Positions 50,519 through 61,713 of a stretch of 64,000 nt of DNA are shown one piece after another (the stretch's first letter is position 1; every line of letters starts with the position of its first letter). Both the position numbers and the translations under genes were made by a program. The stretch comes from an uncultured Gammaproteobacteria bacterium (GTDB lineage Bacteria; Pseudomonadota; Gammaproteobacteria; Steroidobacterales; Steroidobacteraceae). A model generated the notes under the pieces. That model ran no database searches. It was not told where the DNA came from and saw only the letters and a list, made by a program, of their open reading frames with translations. Location of the stretch: positions 925,027 to 989,026 of the forward strand of contig CAVQJL010000012.1 of the NCBI GenBank assembly GCA_963712815.1, written 5' to 3'.

Positions 50519-51808
50519 TCACTGGATCAGCCCGAGCCAGCGCGGCAGCGCCAGCGTGAGCGGCGGGAAGAACGTGACGAGCAGCAGCACCGCGATCTCG
50601 ACGGCGAGGAACGGCAACATGGCGCGCACGATGCTCTCGACGCGCACGCCGGCCACCGAGGAGGTGACGAACAGCACCAGTCCCATCGGCGGCGTGGCGA
50701 GCCCGAGTGTCAGGTTGATGCACATGACCAGCGCGAAGTGCACCGGGTGAACGCCCATCTCGACGAAGATCGGCGCCAGCACCGGCCCGAGGATCAGGAT
50801 GGCCGGGCCGGCGTCGAGAAACATCCCGATCAGCAGCAGCAGGACGTTGACCAGGAACAGCAGCACCGTTGGGTCGTCGCTGATCCTGAGCATCGCACTG
50901 GCGATGCCTTCCGCCATGCCGGACACCGTCACCAGCCACGCGAAGGTGACCGCGGCGCCTACGAGCATCAGGATGACGCCCGACTGCATGGCGGTGGCGA
51001 CGAAGATGCGTCGCATCTCGGCGAAGTCGACGGTTCGAAGGACGAAGGGCGCGACGATGATCGCGTAGCCGGCCGCGACGGCGGCAGCCTCGGTGGCGGT
51101 GAAATAGCCGGAGAGCATGCCGCCGAGCAGGATGACCGGCATCACGAGTGCCAGCGCCGCCTTGCGGAAGGCCAGCCCGCGCTCGCGCCAGGTTGCGCGC
51201 GGCGACGCGACGGGGAGGTCGTTCCGCGTTGCGAGGATGCGCGTCGTGAGCATGAGCCCGAGGCCGATCATGATCCCCGGCACCACGCCCGCGGCGAACA
51301 GCGCGCCGATGGATACGTTCATCACGAAGCCGTACAGCACCATGATGCCGGACGGCGGGATGATGGGCCCGATCACGGCCGCCGCCGCCGTCACGGCGGC
51401 CGCGAAGCTGCGCTTGTAGCCGTTCTGCTCCATCGCCGGCACCAGCATCTTGCCGATGGCGGAGGCATCGGCGACCGCCGAGCCCGAGATGCCCGCGAAC
51501 AGCATCGAGGACAGTATGTTCACCTGCGCGAGTCCGCCGCGGAAGTGGCCGATCAGCGACTGGCTGAAGTTCACGATCGAGCGGGTGATACCGCCCGAGT
51601 TCATGAGCTCGCCGGCGAGGATGAAGAACGGCACGGCGAGCAGCGGGAAGCTGTCCACGCCGTTGTAGAAGCGCGAGAGCAGCGAGGCGAAGAACTGCCG
51701 CTGGTCGTCGAGCACGAGGCTCAGGCCCGGCCCGATCAGCAGCGCGAAGACGACCGGCGTGCCGAGCGCGAGCAGCGCGATGAACAGCCAGAAGAAGGCC
51801 GTGGACAC
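50519..51808 (-). CDS. dctM: TRAP transporter large permease (DctM family)
   Basis: GTG start at 51808. The product is 429 aa and polytopic, with FFILAGELMNSGGIT and SGSAVADASAIG motifs. Confidence 0.85.
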   Translation of the reverse strand: MSTAFFWLFIALLALGTPVVFALLIGPGLSLVLDDQRQFFASLLSRFYNGVDSFPLLAVPFFILAGELMNSGGITRSIVNFSQSLIGHFRGGLAQVNILSSMLFAGISGSAVADASAIGKMLVPAMEQNGYKRSFAAAVTAAAAVIGPIIPPSGIMVLYGFVMNVSIGALFAAGVVPGIMIGLGLMLTTRILATRNDLPVASPRATWRERGLAFRKAALALVMPVILLGGMLSGYFTATEAAAVAAGYAIIVAPFVLRTVDFAEMRRIFVATAMQSGVILMLVGAAVTFAWLVTVSGMAEGIASAMLRISDDPTVLLFLVNVLLLLIGMFLDAGPAILILGPVLAPIFVEMGVHPVHFALVMCINLTLGLATPPMGLVLFVTSSVAGVRVESIVRAMLPFLAVEIAVLLLVTFFPPLTLALPRWLGLIQ

Positions 51809-51813
51809 CGCCC

Positions 51814-52368
51814 TCAGTCCTCGATCACGGCGGGCATGGCGCCTTCCATGACGATTCCGGAGGGCCCGCCGGCAAGGTGCAGCAGCAGCCGGCCGATGAG
51901 TTCGATGCCGACCAGGATCAGCATGGCGAACGCGGTCGGAACGATCGCGTAGATCCACGCCATCTTGATCTCGAGGGTCGAGGCCATGATCTCGAGTCCG
52001 CGTCGCCAGAAGGCGAAGCTCTCGATGAAGAGCACCGCGAGGATCCAGACGATGAGGCCGTTGAGCACGAGGCTGGCGAAGGCGAGCAGCCGCGGCGGGA
52101 GCGCTTCGGCGAACGACACGATCGCGACGTGTGCACCCTTGCGGTAGGCGAAGGGCGCGACCAGCAGCACCGACCAGACCAGCGCCACCCGCGCCAGTTC
52201 CTCGGCCCAGTCGAGCGAGTAGTGGAACACGCCCCGGGACACGATCTGGGCGAGCGCGAGGAGAAGCATCACCGCGAGCAGTGCGCCGGCGAGGTTGCGG
52301 GCGGCCAGCGCGAGCGGGCCGTTCACGCGGCCGAGCGCCCGGACAAACCCCGTGAGCAACGATTTCAT
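51814..52368 (-). CDS. dctQ: TRAP transporter small permease (DctQ family)
   Basis: It has four TM helices and lies immediately upstream of dctM. An alternative start lies at 52380. Confidence 0.75.
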   Translation of the reverse strand: MKSLLTGFVRALGRVNGPLALAARNLAGALLAVMLLLALAQIVSRGVFHYSLDWAEELARVALVWSVLLVAPFAYRKGAHVAIVSFAEALPPRLLAFASLVLNGLIVWILAVLFIESFAFWRRGLEIMASTLEIKMAWIYAIVPTAFAMLILVGIELIGRLLLHLAGGPSGIVMEGAMPAVIED

Positions 52369-52477
52369 GCGCCGGGCCACTCCCCCGCGACGGAACCCAC
52401 CGACAACGCGGGCCGCCCGGGGGCGGCCTGCGCCGGATTATGGGCCAGGCCGCGCCGGGGCGACGCGGCCGACGTCG

Positions 52478-54859
<2,382 letters not shown>

Positions 54860-54954
54860 GGTCTGATCTCCCCCAGGACTGTTGTCGATGTATTGCGCCG
54901 CTGCCGCTGGCGCGGCACGGATTCCTGATACGAATAACGTAGCATGAGATTTCT

Positions 54955-54981
54955 ATGTCTTACAACCCTTATATAAGACAT
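54955..54981. promoter_or_regulatory. Candidate GntR/HutC operator in the TBDR promoter: inverted repeat ATGTCTTA-N11-TAAGACAT containing CTTATATAAGAC (54968-54979)
   Basis: The arms are exact reverse complements. The same 12-mer recurs at 61361-61372. It sits in an AT-rich island in about 70% GC DNA, about 100 nt upstream of the TBDR start. Confidence 0.55.
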
Positions 54982-55005
54982 CTGAGACCAGACAAGCGCG
55001 TCGTT

Positions 55006-55048
55006 GCCGGCCTGACCGCGCAATCCAGTCGCGCGGCGCCCGGCCGGC
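55006..55048 (-). terminator. Compound GC hairpin after the GH31 gene (terminator/attenuator-like, no U-run)
   Basis: The outer arms GCCGGCC/GGCCGGC enclose inner arms CCGCGC/GCGCGG. It lies between the GH31 stop (55112) and the operator. Confidence 0.35.
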
Positions 55049-55111
55049 GACGGCGTCGGCTCCACTCCAGTGAAAGTGCAGGCCCCGTCTGCGGGCGGCT
55101 GCGGGTCGATG

Positions 55112-57181
55112 CTAGACGGCGCGCCAGGTCTCGACGACCTCGGGCAGCTCGCCGAGCTCGCCCGTGTGGCGCACCGTGGGGCCGAGCGGGATCTCGGCGC
55201 CGCGCCGCGCGAATACGGCGAGCTCGTCGAGCGCGAGCACGAGGTCGTGGGTTCGCCCGCCCTCGAGAGGCTCGCCGCCCGCAAAGCGGCGCCACTCGCC
55301 CTCGGGCAGGTAGACGCGCACTCGCCCGCCGGGGTTCAGGCAGGGCGCGACGAGCAGATCCTCCCCGCAGAAGAACTGGTGGTCGAAGCCCCAGGCCTCC
55401 GGCTCGTCCGGGCAGGCCAGCGCCATGGCGCGCTGCATCGGCAGGCCGGTCGCACTCGCCTCCTCGACCGTTCGCCACAGGTACGGCAGCAGCCGGTAGC
55501 GCAGTTCCAGCGCAGCCATCGCGGCGCGCTCCGCCTCCGGGCCGTAGGACCAGGGCTCGCGGGCGCCGATGCCGTGCAGGCGCATGTGGGCGGAGAACAC
55601 GGACGCCTGCGCCCAGCGCACGTACAGCTGTGGATCGCGCCGGTCGCCGTAGAAACCGCCGACGTCGGTCGCGTAGAACGGCGCGCCGGTGAGGCCCCAC
55701 GAGAGGCCACCGCGGATGCTCGCCGCGAGGCCGCCCCAGTCGGCCTGCGGGTCGCCGCCCCACTGCGAGGGATAGCGCTGAGAACCCGCCCAGGCAGCGC
55801 GGCTGAACAGGAAGGCCCCGTCCTTTCCATAGCGGCTCGCCGCCTCGTACACGCAGCGGTTGTAGAGCAGCGCATAGACGTTGTGCAGCGCGTCGCCCTG
55901 CGCGCCGTCGGACGCCACCATGTGCGGCTCGACCTGCTCGCCGAAGTCCGGCTTGATCATGTCCACGCCGAGCTCGAACAGCTCCCGGTGGCGATCGCGC
56001 CAGTAGGCATAGGCGTCGGGTTGCGTGAAGTCGAGCAGGCCCGACTCCGGCAACGGCGTCAGTACCGCGCCGAAGGGCTCGAGGTCCCACTGGTAGCGAT
56101 ACGCTTCGCCGCTGCGGGCATCCTTGAGCAGCCAGCCCTTGTCCGCCAGCTCGGCGAACAGCGGGTTGCGCACCGACACCAGTGGGTACTCCCACACGCA
56201 CACGCGGAAATCGAGCGTCTTGATCTCGGCGATTACCGCCCGCGGATCAGGGTAGCGGACCGGATCCCACTCGAACGCGAAGCGCGTATCGGTGTCCTGC
56301 CAGGCACGCCCGTCGAAGGTGATCGTGTCGCAAGGCATGCCGCGCTCGCGCACTTCCCGCGCGACCGCGAGGATCTCCTCGGCGGTGCGGTAATAGGCCT
56401 TGGAGAGGATCACCCCCAGGCTCCACAGCGGCGGAACGGGCGCACGCCCCGTCAGCGCGGTGTACTGGCCGAGGACCTGGGCACCGTTCGCGCCGTCGAG
56501 CACGAACAGGTCGAGCGAGGGTGAGTCCACCTTGAGGGCGTAGGCCCGCTGCGACCACGGCGCGTATCCCACGCCGTGCACGACCGGGGCCACGGTGTGC
56601 ACGAACACGCCCCAGCCTTCCGGGCTCCAGGCGAAGGGCGCGTTCTTGTAGCTCGCCTCGGCGTTCACGCCGAGCGCGTCGTGGTTGTACGAGCGCACGA
56701 GCTGCCCGCGCCGGTCGAGGCGACCCCACTTTTCGCCGAGGCCGTACACCGGCGTGTCGTGGCCGAGCTCGAGGCTCACGAGCCAGCCGTCACCGAGCCG
56801 TGCGAAGGGCGGCAGGCGGAAGCGGCGCACGAAGTGCCCGTCGCCCGGGGACGACTGCACGGCGCGCCCCGACACCGTCAGCGCAAACGAGAGCGGCGCA
56901 TGGCCGATCTCGAGCACACGCTCGCCGGCCACGAGCCGCGTGCCACCCTCGATGGCTTCGACGCGCGACGTGAGCACCGCGGGCTCGCGAACGAGTATCC
57001 CGTAGTCGCGTGCGTCGGGCCCGAGGCGCAGGCGCAGGCCGGACTCGAGCATCGCGACCCGCAGGATCCCGGCATCCGTCGGAATCGCGACGCTGCCGTC
57101 CGGCTGCACGGCGGGGGCGGCGGTCACGTGCACCGGCGGGATGCGCCCCCAGTTCGGCGCCTCGACGTCGAACGCGCCCAC
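55112..57181 (-). CDS. GH31-family alpha-glycosidase (YicI-like architecture)
   Basis: It has FEWDPVRYPDP and CVWEYP, the nucleophile box GVDMIKPDFGE, and the acid/base region FYATDVGGF. GTG start lies 2 nt after the isomerase stop. Confidence 0.85.
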   Translation of the reverse strand: MGAFDVEAPNWGRIPPVHVTAAPAVQPDGSVAIPTDAGILRVAMLESGLRLRLGPDARDYGILVREPAVLTSRVEAIEGGTRLVAGERVLEIGHAPLSFALTVSGRAVQSSPGDGHFVRRFRLPPFARLGDGWLVSLELGHDTPVYGLGEKWGRLDRRGQLVRSYNHDALGVNAEASYKNAPFAWSPEGWGVFVHTVAPVVHGVGYAPWSQRAYALKVDSPSLDLFVLDGANGAQVLGQYTALTGRAPVPPLWSLGVILSKAYYRTAEEILAVAREVRERGMPCDTITFDGRAWQDTDTRFAFEWDPVRYPDPRAVIAEIKTLDFRVCVWEYPLVSVRNPLFAELADKGWLLKDARSGEAYRYQWDLEPFGAVLTPLPESGLLDFTQPDAYAYWRDRHRELFELGVDMIKPDFGEQVEPHMVASDGAQGDALHNVYALLYNRCVYEAASRYGKDGAFLFSRAAWAGSQRYPSQWGGDPQADWGGLAASIRGGLSWGLTGAPFYATDVGGFYGDRRDPQLYVRWAQASVFSAHMRLHGIGAREPWSYGPEAERAAMAALELRYRLLPYLWRTVEEASATGLPMQRAMALACPDEPEAWGFDHQFFCGEDLLVAPCLNPGGRVRVYLPEGEWRRFAGGEPLEGGRTHDLVLALDELAVFARRGAEIPLGPTVRHTGELGELPEVVETWRAV

Positions 57182-57182
57182 G

Positions 57183-58580
57183 TCAGGCGAGCTCGAGCAC
57201 GGGCAGGTTCCAGCGCGCGGCGATGGCCCTGAGCGCCGGCTTGTGGTCGCCGTACGCGAGCGCGAAATGGTGTTCGAGCCCCTCCTCCATGATGGTGCGG
57301 CCCACGTCGGCCGCCGGCCGGTCGAACCTGACCGTGCCCGAGCATCCCGTGAACGCCATCGGCGCGCGGATCACCTCGGCTCCCGCGATCATGAGCTTGG
57401 TCTCGTTGCGCGCGCGCGAGAGCCGCGCCAGCGTCACGCGGCCCGGCTTGATGGGGAACTGGTGCAGCAGCGGCATCCTGCGGTTGGTGTGGATGGTCGC
57501 TTCCGCGTGCGCTTGGGGATCGCGCATGGAGATCGGGGCGAGCCCGCAGTGCCAGAGCACCGCCGTGTCGTCGGCGGGCGTGATATCCACGAGGTCGGCC
57601 ATCCAGGCGGGCTCGCCGGCGAGTTCCTGCAGCATCAGCTGCGACAGCGAGCCGTGCACGTCGGCCTCGCAGGCCGCGGGCACCTGCTTCTGGTTCATCA
57701 TCGCCATCGGGCCGCAGGCGGCGCAGCCGTACTCGGTGAACATCTCCGGCCAGCAGCGCACCGCGAGCCCGCTGGCGTGGCTCTCCTGCTGCACGTCCTC
57801 GAGCGCGCAGAAGACGCGGAACGAGCGGTCGAGCTGCTCCTGGTCCACGTCGTCGAGCCCTTCGAGCTCCGCCGCGGCGCCGGCGCGCGCCGCGCCGACC
57901 CGTGCCGGGTCCATCGCGCGGGCCTTGTCGAACAGCTCCCCGAGCTGCACGGTCTCGACGCGCATGCCGGCGAGGTCGAACAGCAGCTTTTCGTCGTATT
58001 CGCAGGTATCGAAACCGTCGGGATGCCTTCCGACGACGGCGATCTTCGCGCCGCGCAGCGAGTCGAGCACGCGCTGGGCCGCGGGGTCCGCACTCGCCTG
58101 CGCCGGACGCGCACGCGACGGCACGCTCACCGCCGGCGTGGCAAGCGCGCGCAGGCTGGACGCGAGACCCGGCGCGTCGGGCGCCGCGTACAGCCAGCCG
58201 TGCGGCACGCCGGCCCGGCCGAGCGCATGCGCCGCGAGGTTGAGCCCGCAGTAGGCATTGAGACGCAAGCGTCCGCCGATGCGCGGCTCGGGCACGGCCC
58301 AGATCGCGATCGGCGTGGTCGCCTCCTTCGCGAGCTTCACGGTCATCGTCGCGTCCGTGAAAGTGATCTGAAGGATCAGCAGCAGGTCGATCGGCCCCGC
58401 GGAGCGGATCTGCGCCACGGCCCGCTCGGCCGCGGCGCGGTCGAACAGCAGCTCGCGCGGACCGACCGTGCGGATGCCGGCCGCCTCGAGCGCCGCGAAA
58501 GCCCGCGTCTTCATGTCCTCCGCGAAGGGGACGTCGAATGTGGGGCGCGCCAGCACCGCCACGCCGTAGGTCAGCGACAT
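57183..58580 (-). CDS. L-fucose/L-arabinose isomerase-family protein (sugar aldose-ketose isomerase, substrate unknown)
   Basis: GGAGG lies 5 nt upstream of ATG at 58580. The translation contains ...CWPEMFTEYGCAACGPMAMMN...CEADVHGSLSQ..., typical of the fucose-isomerase-like fold. Confidence 0.65.
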   Translation of the reverse strand: MSLTYGVAVLARPTFDVPFAEDMKTRAFAALEAAGIRTVGPRELLFDRAAAERAVAQIRSAGPIDLLLILQITFTDATMTVKLAKEATTPIAIWAVPEPRIGGRLRLNAYCGLNLAAHALGRAGVPHGWLYAAPDAPGLASSLRALATPAVSVPSRARPAQASADPAAQRVLDSLRGAKIAVVGRHPDGFDTCEYDEKLLFDLAGMRVETVQLGELFDKARAMDPARVGAARAGAAAELEGLDDVDQEQLDRSFRVFCALEDVQQESHASGLAVRCWPEMFTEYGCAACGPMAMMNQKQVPAACEADVHGSLSQLMLQELAGEPAWMADLVDITPADDTAVLWHCGLAPISMRDPQAHAEATIHTNRRMPLLHQFPIKPGRVTLARLSRARNETKLMIAGAEVIRAPMAFTGCSGTVRFDRPAADVGRTIMEEGLEHHFALAYGDHKPALRAIAARWNLPVLELA

Positions 58581-58581
58581 G

Positions 58582-59628
58582 TCATCCTCCAAAGCCGGCA
58601 TATGCGTGCCGGAAGCTCGAGTCCGCGGGCTCGACGCGCGCGCCGCCCGGCCCGAAACAGGGGTGCGCGTGCCACGGCCTCGCCGCCGCGTCGGTCAGCG
58701 AATTGAGTCCGCGCATGTAGGGGACGGCTTCCCCGCGAAGCTCGTCGCGTATGCCGTCCCAGTCGGGAAACCGCTGGAACGCCGCGAGCCAGATCGCGCG
58801 GCCCGCCAGGTAACCGGACGCACCCGCCGCGTACGCGTAGTGCAGCACGCGCTTGAATTCGTCCATCCCCGCTCCGGCCGACAGCATCACCCAGGGGCGG
58901 CCCGCGGCGTGATCGAGCTCGTGGAACAGTGCCTGCACGGCCTGCGATCCCGGCGCGCCGGGCTCCGGCACGTCACCCGCCGGCACCGGGCTCTCGAGCT
59001 TGAACAGGTCCACGCCGAAGCGCGGGTCGGCAAAGGCGCGCACGCTGTCGATGACGAGCCCGGCCTGCTTCGTCTTCATCTCGACGTAGTCACGCGTCTG
59101 CTCGGCGTCGCCCGCGAGCGGGTACACGAGCAGCTCGAAGACGAAAGGAATGTCGTAGCGCCTGCAGGCCTCGCCGATCCGGCGAGTGAATTCCTGCTGC
59201 GCGGCGCAGACCGCGGGGTCGCCGTCCGGACGGTACCAGGTGAGCACCTTCACGGCGTCGCCGCCCGCGCGCTTGATCTTCCCGACCGACCAGTCGTCGA
59301 TCTCCGAGGACAGTCGGCCGCCCGCCGTCTCCTGGAAGATCGAGTCCTCGAGGGTGAGGATGAGTCCGAGCCGCGCGTCGAGCATCGTGACGCCGCGCGG
59401 ATAGGCGTAATGCGGGTCGAGCAGCATCGCCGAGGACTCGCCCTGCAGCTCGCGGATCAGCAGCTCCTTGAAGCGCGCGACGTCCTCCCACGGAGCCTCG
59501 GGCGTGCCGCGCTTCGCCCTGATTGGATTCTTGATCGGTGGGCGCTGGTCCACCGCCGTCATCTTGTAGCGCCCGGCCGCATCCGCCATGCGGCGCATGC
59601 CCCAGTACTTGCCTGCGGAAACCGTCAT
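58582..59628 (-). CDS. Class I aldolase of the DeoC/LacD (tagatose-bisphosphate / YihT-like) family
   Basis: The N-terminal pattern is ...RMADAAGRYKMTAVDQRPPI... It also has VKVLTWYRPD and FKLESP, and is 348 aa. Confidence 0.65.
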   Translation of the reverse strand: MTVSAGKYWGMRRMADAAGRYKMTAVDQRPPIKNPIRAKRGTPEAPWEDVARFKELLIRELQGESSAMLLDPHYAYPRGVTMLDARLGLILTLEDSIFQETAGGRLSSEIDDWSVGKIKRAGGDAVKVLTWYRPDGDPAVCAAQQEFTRRIGEACRRYDIPFVFELLVYPLAGDAEQTRDYVEMKTKQAGLVIDSVRAFADPRFGVDLFKLESPVPAGDVPEPGAPGSQAVQALFHELDHAAGRPWVMLSAGAGMDEFKRVLHYAYAAGASGYLAGRAIWLAAFQRFPDWDGIRDELRGEAVPYMRGLNSLTDAAARPWHAHPCFGPGGARVEPADSSFRHAYAGFGG

Positions 59629-59649
59629 GTGGGCCCCTTGCGTGTCGTG

Positions 59650-60552
59650 TCAGGCCGCGGGATACGCCGCGAGGAACCCGTCGAGCTCGGCGCGCGTGGG
59701 CGCGCCCGAGCGCCCGCCGGTCCGCTGCACCTTGAGTGCGGCGGCCGCGGAGGCGAAGCAAACTGCCGCGGCCTCGTCGCGGCCCTCGGCCAGCGCCAGC
59801 GCGAAGGCACCGTGCCAGACGTCGCCCGCACCGAGCGTGTCCACCACGGGCACCGCGAAGGCCGGGAATCGGCTCAGTTCGCCTTTGTCGAGCGCGTACA
59901 CGCCCTCGGCGCCCGCGGTGACGGCGCACCAGCCCGGCAGGTCACGCCCGACCTCGACGAGCGCGCGCGCGGGATCGTCGATGCCGCTGAAGTCGGCGAG
60001 CGCGTCGGCCGAGAAGGCCACGTGAGAGGCCTCCCGCAGCAGCGCACCGTCGGCCGGAACCGGGCGGTCGGCGTCGAGCACGCCCGGGAGGCCCGCGGCG
60101 CGGGCCTCGAACAGCGCCGCGAGCGCACCCTCGGGCCAGCGCGTGTCGACGAGCACCACGTCGGCGCCGGTGACCCACGGAGCCGGAAGCCAGTCCGGGT
60201 CGGCTGGCAGAGCGGCATCGAGGTGGTTGACGATCATGCGCTCGCCGCGGGCGTCCACGATCACGGCGGAGACGGACGATGCGCAACCCGCGCAGCGCCG
60301 CACCAGCGTGCAGTCCACGTCGTACGACTGGAGCTCGGCGATGATCATGTCGGCCGCGGCATCCTCGCCGACCCGCGCGGCCAGCATCGCGCGCCCGCCG
60401 AGCAGCGCGATTGCTGCCGCCGCCGTCGCGGCGGGCCCGCCGCCCACGCTCTCGAAGCGCGTCGCCCGGAACTTCCTGGCCTGTTGCGGCAGCTCGGGCA
60501 CGGTGAACACGAAGTCCTGCACTGCATGGCCAACGCACAGCACGGTCGGCAT
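59650..60552 (-). CDS. PfkB-family sugar(-phosphate) kinase
   Basis: It has VGGGPAATAAAAIALLG and GERMIVN, and the anion-hole/catalytic box DTLGAGDVWHGAF. GAGGGA RBS is present. Confidence 0.85.
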   Translation of the reverse strand: MPTVLCVGHAVQDFVFTVPELPQQARKFRATRFESVGGGPAATAAAAIALLGGRAMLAARVGEDAAADMIIAELQSYDVDCTLVRRCAGCASSVSAVIVDARGERMIVNHLDAALPADPDWLPAPWVTGADVVLVDTRWPEGALAALFEARAAGLPGVLDADRPVPADGALLREASHVAFSADALADFSGIDDPARALVEVGRDLPGWCAVTAGAEGVYALDKGELSRFPAFAVPVVDTLGAGDVWHGAFALALAEGRDEAAAVCFASAAAALKVQRTGGRSGAPTRAELDGFLAAYPAA

Positions 60553-60563
60553 GGAAGCGTCCC

Positions 60564-61286
60564 TCAGGACAGGGTGACGGCGTACACGAGTTGCGTCGTG
60601 TCGCAGCGGCTCGCGCGCCATTCCACCCGCACGCCTTCGAGCGACAGCGCCACGCGGTCGATGTGCAGCAGGGGCGAACCCGGCTCGAGCTTGAGCCGGC
60701 GACAGTCCTCCTTGCGGGCGGTATCCGCTCGCAGTTCCTCCTCGGCCGAGACGATGTTGACCCCGTACTCGCGCTGGTACAGCGCGTACAGCGCATTCGG
60801 CAGCGGGGCGTGTTTCTCGAACCCGGCGAACACCGCCGCCGGCAGGACGATCTTCTCGAGGACGACGGGCTCGCCGTCCACGAGCCGCATGCGGTTGATC
60901 TCGAACACGTCGGCTCCGGGCTCCAGGGCGAGCCGCGCGACGTCGGCGGCGCGTGCCGGGCGGCGCTTGAGCGTGTCCCCGGCGCTCGTCGGCACGGCGC
61001 GCGATCCGCCGCCGGGCCGGGTGAGCCGGAAGAAGCGGAACAGCGCCCGCTCCTGCGTGTGTTCGGCGACGTACGTGCCCTTGCCCTGCCGGCGGTCGAT
61101 GAGGCTGTCGGCCGCGAGCGCGTCGAGCGCCTTGCGTACCGTGCCCTGGCTGACGTTCAGTCGCCCGGCGAGCGCCTGTTCCGAGGGCAGCGCCTCGCCG
61201 GGGCCCCACTCGCCCGTCGCGATCTGCTTCACGAGGAACTCGTAGACCTGCTGGTAGAGGGGCCGGTAGCGTGGTGACTCGTCCAT
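60564..61286 (-). CDS. GntR-family transcriptional regulator, HutC subfamily (wHTH + UTRA)
   Basis: The N-terminal part reads PLYQQVYEFLVKQIATGEWGPGEALPSEQALAGRLNVSQGTVRKALDAL, and a UTRA-like C-terminus follows. GGGAGA RBS precedes ATG at 61286. An alternative start lies at 61346. Confidence 0.85.
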   Translation of the reverse strand: MDESPRYRPLYQQVYEFLVKQIATGEWGPGEALPSEQALAGRLNVSQGTVRKALDALAADSLIDRRQGKGTYVAEHTQERALFRFFRLTRPGGGSRAVPTSAGDTLKRRPARAADVARLALEPGADVFEINRMRLVDGEPVVLEKIVLPAAVFAGFEKHAPLPNALYALYQREYGVNIVSAEEELRADTARKEDCRRLKLEPGSPLLHIDRVALSLEGVRVEWRASRCDTTQLVYAVTLS

Positions 61287-61359
61287 GGGCGGTTCTCCCG
61301 GACCGAGCCCGCATCGTACGCGGCCGCTTGCGCCTGTGTCCATCATCTGCTGTATAGTA

Positions 61360-61371
61360 TCTTATATAAGA
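61360..61371. promoter_or_regulatory. Perfect 12-bp palindrome TCTTATATAAGA in the divergent gntR / suyA-like promoter (candidate operator)
   Basis: It is self-complementary and shares CTTATATAAGAC with 54968-54979. It sits in an AT-rich patch between starts at 61286 (minus) and 61413 (plus). Confidence 0.6.
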
Positions 61372-61412
61372 CTAGACGGCCCATGCCGGCCGTCCCCTAC
61401 GGAGGACCCTGC

Positions 61413-61700
61413 GTGACCACCCCCCACCTGCTCGTGCACGACCCGAAGGACAACGTCGGCGTAGTGGTCGTCGAGGGCCTCGAGGCCGGCACCGAGATGC
61501 TGTGCGTCGTGACCCACGACAATTCGGACTTCCGCCTCGTGGCGCGGCAGGCGGTGCCGATCGGCCACAAGGTCGCGCTCCGGGACCTCGAGGCGGGCGA
61601 CACCGTGATCAAGTACGGCCAGGACATCGGCCGCATCGTCGCCGACGTCAGCCAGGGCGAGCACGTGCACGTCCACAACCTCAAGACCAAGCGCTGGTAA
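61413..61700 (+). CDS. suyA: SAF-domain small subunit of a split UxaA-type (de)hydratase/lyase; SuyA-like (tentative)
   Basis: GGAGGA lies 7 nt upstream of GTG at 61413. The product is about 95 aa and reads [11 protein letters not shown]...[20 protein letters not shown] (SAF). It is followed by the large subunit. Confidence 0.55.
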   Translation: MTTPHLLVHDPKDNVGVVVVEGLEAGTEMLCVVTHDNSDFRLVARQAVPIGHKVALRDLEAGDTVIKYGQDIGRIVADVSQGEHVHVHNLKTKRW

Positions 61701-61713
61701 ACGGAGGCCCACC

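Noticed and set aside
56087-56098. R-Y-Q-W in the GH31 protein considered as the sulfoquinovosidase Arg-x-x-Trp sulfonate-binding pair.
   Set aside because: It lies only about 50 residues before the putative nucleophile Asp (KPDFGE). As far as I recall, the YihQ Arg/Trp pair lies about 100 residues before the nucleophile. I cannot equate them without a real alignment.
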